This document shows, piece by piece, positions 60,179 to 64,000 of a stretch of DNA of 64,000 bases (position 1 is its first letter; each line of letters opens with the position of its first letter). The DNA comes from Heterodontus francisci (Eukaryota). Below the pieces are notes generated by a model. It was not told where the DNA came from, did no database searches, and saw only the letters and a list, made by a program, of their open reading frames with translations. Position numbers and translations under genes: made by a program. Location of the stretch: positions 25,857,860 through 25,921,859 of the forward strand of contig NC_090407.1 of the NCBI RefSeq assembly GCF_036365525.1, in the 5' to 3' direction.

Positions 60179-61402
60179 ATCAGGGTACAAAAGTAGAAAG
60201 ACAGGCTGTGCAAACCCAATAACTGCTGCAAACTGTGGCTCTAAAATTGGAATCACCTCCGAGCTGAGTTCAGTATGATCCGCTTCTCCTGTGTCGGAGA
60301 TATGCTCGTGGAGTAGCTTTGCTGCAGAAGGTGGGCAGTAATGTTGGTGCAGCTCTGGGGAGGGATCTGTCAAGGGCACAGTGTATTCCTCAAACAATAG
60401 TTACAGAACAGGGAGCAAAATGCACAATATTAAGCTGTATTATCTAAACGTGGTGCCATATGAAGTCTCCAAGGGCATTTCAGGCCGCCTGATGGTCACA
60501 GCAAGTGTTGCAGGTGGCAGGAAGCATCAACATTTGGCATAGAGTTACCACGGAGACGGACGCATGCAGTTGCTAGGAGGAAATTAAAGTCAAGTATCCT
60601 CGCCTGTCTGCTGGGTCCTAGAGCCTGCAAGGACACCATTGGAAGCTGAGTGCAGACCACAGGAGGCTCCCAGGTACTTGGCTTTTCAGAGGCCCTGATA
60701 ATTGCATTGCTCCACAGCCACCGCTGCACGGAAATGTGCTGCTGTTAATCTCCAATTACATTCCTGCTTCGCTGCATGTTGTTTTCTGGTTGTGACTCAC
60801 TCTTTTCCACTTTTTCACCAATCCCCTCCCCCATTCCTCACTGCCTTTTGCTGGAGTACAGGTTCCAGAGGCTCCAGGGACCCTCCGGCATACCACACAA
60901 GTAGCCAGATGTAAGCCAAGACAGTATCAGTTGGGTATTCAACCACGGGGGGCATCACAGCAAAATTTAATCAAGTCCTCACCCGCCATCCAGGCACCAC
61001 ACCTTCCAGCAGACTTCACTGGACAGTGATCGTGGCTGATTTGTCCCCTCTCTAACCCAGGGGGTTAAGTTCAATTCTAGTTGTCAGCTACCTGCGATGA
61101 TATCTTCTGAAGAAAGGTCACTAACCTGAAACGTTAACTCTGCTTCTCTCTCCACAGATGCTGTCAGACCTGCTGAGTATTTCCAGCATTTCTTGTTTTT
61201 ATATGCGATGATATCTTCTTGGTCTGCATGGTTCAGTAGCAAACAAATGATGCATTTATCAACTGAGCCATTAGAACAGATAATGCAGGTTGTGCTTTAC
61301 ACACAACTAGAGTGTTGCAGCTGTCCTTAAAGAGCCTGGTTCAAGGCCTGCTGTAAGTGTCTCATCTGTATATGCCTAGACTCATATCATGTAGTGTTTG
61401 AA

Positions 61403-61830
61403 AGAAAGACTTGCATTTATATATCGTCTTTCACAATCATAGGACGTCCCAAAACGCTCTACAGCCAATGAAGTACTTTTTGAAGTGCAGTCACTGCTGT
61501 AATGTAGGAAATGTGGCAGCCAATTTGCACACAGCAAGATCCCACAAGCAGCAATATGATGATGGCCAATTAATCTGTTTGTGTGATGCTGATTGAGAGA
61601 TAAATATTGACCAGGAATAACCCCCCTGCTCTTTGAAATAGTGCCATGGGATCTTTTATGTCCACCTGAGAGGGCAGATGGAGCTTCCAACATCCAACCG
61701 ACAGCATCCATGACAGTGCAGCACTCCCTCTGCACTGCACTGGAGTGTCAGCTTAGATTTGTGTGCTCAAATCCTGGAGTGGGACTTGAACTTTCTGCCT
61801 CCCAGGCGAGACTGCTACCAACTGAGCCTC
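61403..61830 (-). mobile_element. Deu-SINE, near full length
   Basis: aaagacttgcatttatat...gtgccatgggatctttt...gagtgggacttgaac...gctaccaactgagcc. Confidence 0.85.
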
Positions 61831-62757
61831 ATCTGAAAGATCTGTGATGGTTGAGATTGAGGGGAGGAATTTTTACATCTGGTCCAGTGTCTGCATTCCC
61901 TTGGTGTGAAATTTGGTTTAACATTCCTATGAAGCGGATTGGGACGTTTTACTACATTAAAAGCTTTATGTAAGTACAAGCTGTTGGAGTTCTGATGAAA
62001 CGTTAACTCTGTTTCTCCCTCCACCAATGCTGCCTGACCTGCTGAGTATTTCCAGCACTTTCTGTTTTTATTTCAGATTTCCAGCATCCACAGTATTTTG
62101 CTTTTACACAAGCTGTTGCTGTTATCTCATTGGGTGGGGATCTGTGCCTGGGTGGGGGGCTCGGCAGCTTCCAGAACGATCAAAGGTTATTGCTATCGGT
62201 GCTCGGGTCAAATAATTTCTAAACTTTACATTTCAGTGAATCTACAGAGCACCCGAATGTTCATCAGATATTTAATCAATGTGCATCACACTAGAGACTC
62301 AGGCACTAGGACCGCACAGGCTCCAGCAGGAGGGATCTTGTGTCTCCTCCAGATCCTCCCAGTGTCTGTCACATGGACGCTGTGTTTGGGGGGATTTAAA
62401 TTAATCCCGGGTCTGACTGCTGTGGGGGGGGGGGAGGAAAAGCAACAGATTTGAGGACTCGTCTAGTGATAAATACACAAGGAAGAGGCATCGAGGTTCA
62501 TTTGAGCCACTAAAAAGTGTTTACAGAGAGAGCAGGTAATACAGAGAAAAGAACAAAAGCCAAAGAAGGAATGAAAGAACAGTCTGCACCCTTCAGGCCT
62601 CCTAGAAGATCTTGACAGATTGTTTAGTTGTAGTCGGTCAGTTCAGTGATTATTGGAGCAGGCGGAGCCTTCACTCCCTCCACCCCGACTGGCTCCTCAC
62701 GATACAGATTGGAAGCTCCATTTGAAAGTTTCCCTGCTATCGTATCTTGACCTATCG

Positions 62758-62817
62758 ATGAGCTCATGTGGAGACTTTGCAGCCGAAGAGGGCTACAAGC
62801 TGGAAACTGTGATCCAG
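62758..62817 (+). CDS. CROCC: Rootletin (ciliary rootlet coiled-coil) first coding exon, MSSCGDFAAEEGYKLETVIQ; gene continues beyond the window
   Basis: A 60-nt ATG-to-donor exon ending LETVIQ|gt matches the rootletin N-terminus (..LETVIQ) as recalled. The position fits the SZRD1-NECAP2-CROCC synteny. Confidence 0.8.
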
Positions 62818-64000
62818 GTCTGTGAACCGAGGAGGTGATGGCGCTTCTGACCCGTCCAGATTGTTTCACTCAACGCTGGTTTTAATTTCATTTTCTGAGT
62901 TTTTCTAGTCAATTTACAGGCATGAGACAATATGCGACATGAGACAGTTTCCATTCCTGGTCTTTGCTGAGTTGACTCATGTCGACGGGGCAGCTCCAAT
63001 TGACCTCAACATCCCCGGGCTACGTAGAGGACAAGCACTGGCTTAATTCTCCTTTAGCCTCGTTTTGTCCCTCCATTTTCTGACTCCTTGTTGGCTCCAG
63101 GTTCCCCAGATGATCCCCCTGTACCTGCAGATGCTGAGGACGTTGATACTGGGAAAGGGAGGAGTGGCTTTACATCAACAACTTGCTTAGAAATATCCAA
63201 TATCTTTCTTTACTGGGGGTAGAGATAAGCAGCAGTCTCTTTTAAGTAGCCACAGATCTTGCAACAGGACATAGCTGTAAATTTGGGAGATGGAGGGTGA
63301 AAAGACAGGTAGGAGTTAACTACACAGAAGTTGGTGAATGGGTGAAACACTGACAAGGGAGTCAGTGGGGATGATTTTATTGGCAAATTCAAGAAGGAGG
63401 GAAGTTGATAAATACTTAGAGGGAAAATTAATAGAGGGGTATCATGGGACATGATGTCTCCTAGACACTGGAACCTGTTGGATGGACCTGGTGGTCTTTT
63501 CTGGTCCTGTATGTTCTTGTATACCTCGTCCAAGTAGCCACTGTTCATGTGTGAGTCCCCACAGTAAATACCAGCATAATACTGAACTAGGGGGAAATGA
63601 CAGCCAAGCCTCATCCATGAACAACACTTTCCATTACAAGGCACCATGTAGCTATCGGGAGCAGGAACCCTGGCCTATTGTCTCCACTCCCTAGTCCAGA
63701 TGCTGCCCAACTCCAGCACACAAGAAGCAAACCTGTGACTCTGGGGACTTCATGGTTCAGCAACACACCAGGGATCAAAAGTATCAATTTGAGTAATCAG
63801 GGGAAACACTGCTTGATATTTGTTTGTGTTCCCCTTCAGGGACTCAGTTGCATGGGGGAAATTAAATTGGATTAAGCCTGAATCCACAGCTCCTCAGCAG
63901 GAATAACAGCAGCTTTCCAGGAGGGATGGAATTCCAGACTAACCGTGAGTTGATCTATGGGTTTCTCCAGTGCGTCACTTTGACATGTTTCTCCATCTCT

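Noticed and set aside
60190-60730. GC-richer segment possibly from an L1/Tx1-like element
   Set aside because: Too degraded to assign from translation, so it is not listed as a feature.

Overview
This is vertebrate nuclear DNA. The repeat content (HE1/V-SINE, Deu-SINE, LF-SINE-like, CR1, L2, RTE, Tx1, Penelope-like) points to a cartilaginous fish, probably a shark. Three intron-containing genes lie on the + strand in the conserved order SZRD1, NECAP2, CROCC. SZRD1 has coding exons 2-4 plus its 3' UTR here, with exon 1 upstream of the window. NECAP2 is complete: 8 coding exons, 804 nt, 267 aa, ending in WVQF. Only the first coding exon of CROCC (rootletin) is present, near the window end. No SPATA21 exons are recognisable between SZRD1 and NECAP2, where mammals carry that gene. 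Instead, about 23.9-31.6 kb is a multi-level nested transposon stack: hAT-Charlie/Buster > Deu-SINE > near full-length RTE LINE > Tx1 fragment > minisatellite. It abuts a NECAP2 promoter built on a 44-bp tandem repeat of a ZNF143/Staf-like site. No new self-contained biological system is demonstrable from sequence alone. The best leads are this promoter minisatellite, the nested stack, a possible satellite-associated Tx1 3' transduction and a 46-bp locally templated insertion. Gene and family assignments come from recognised motifs, not database searches, and repeat boundaries are approximate.
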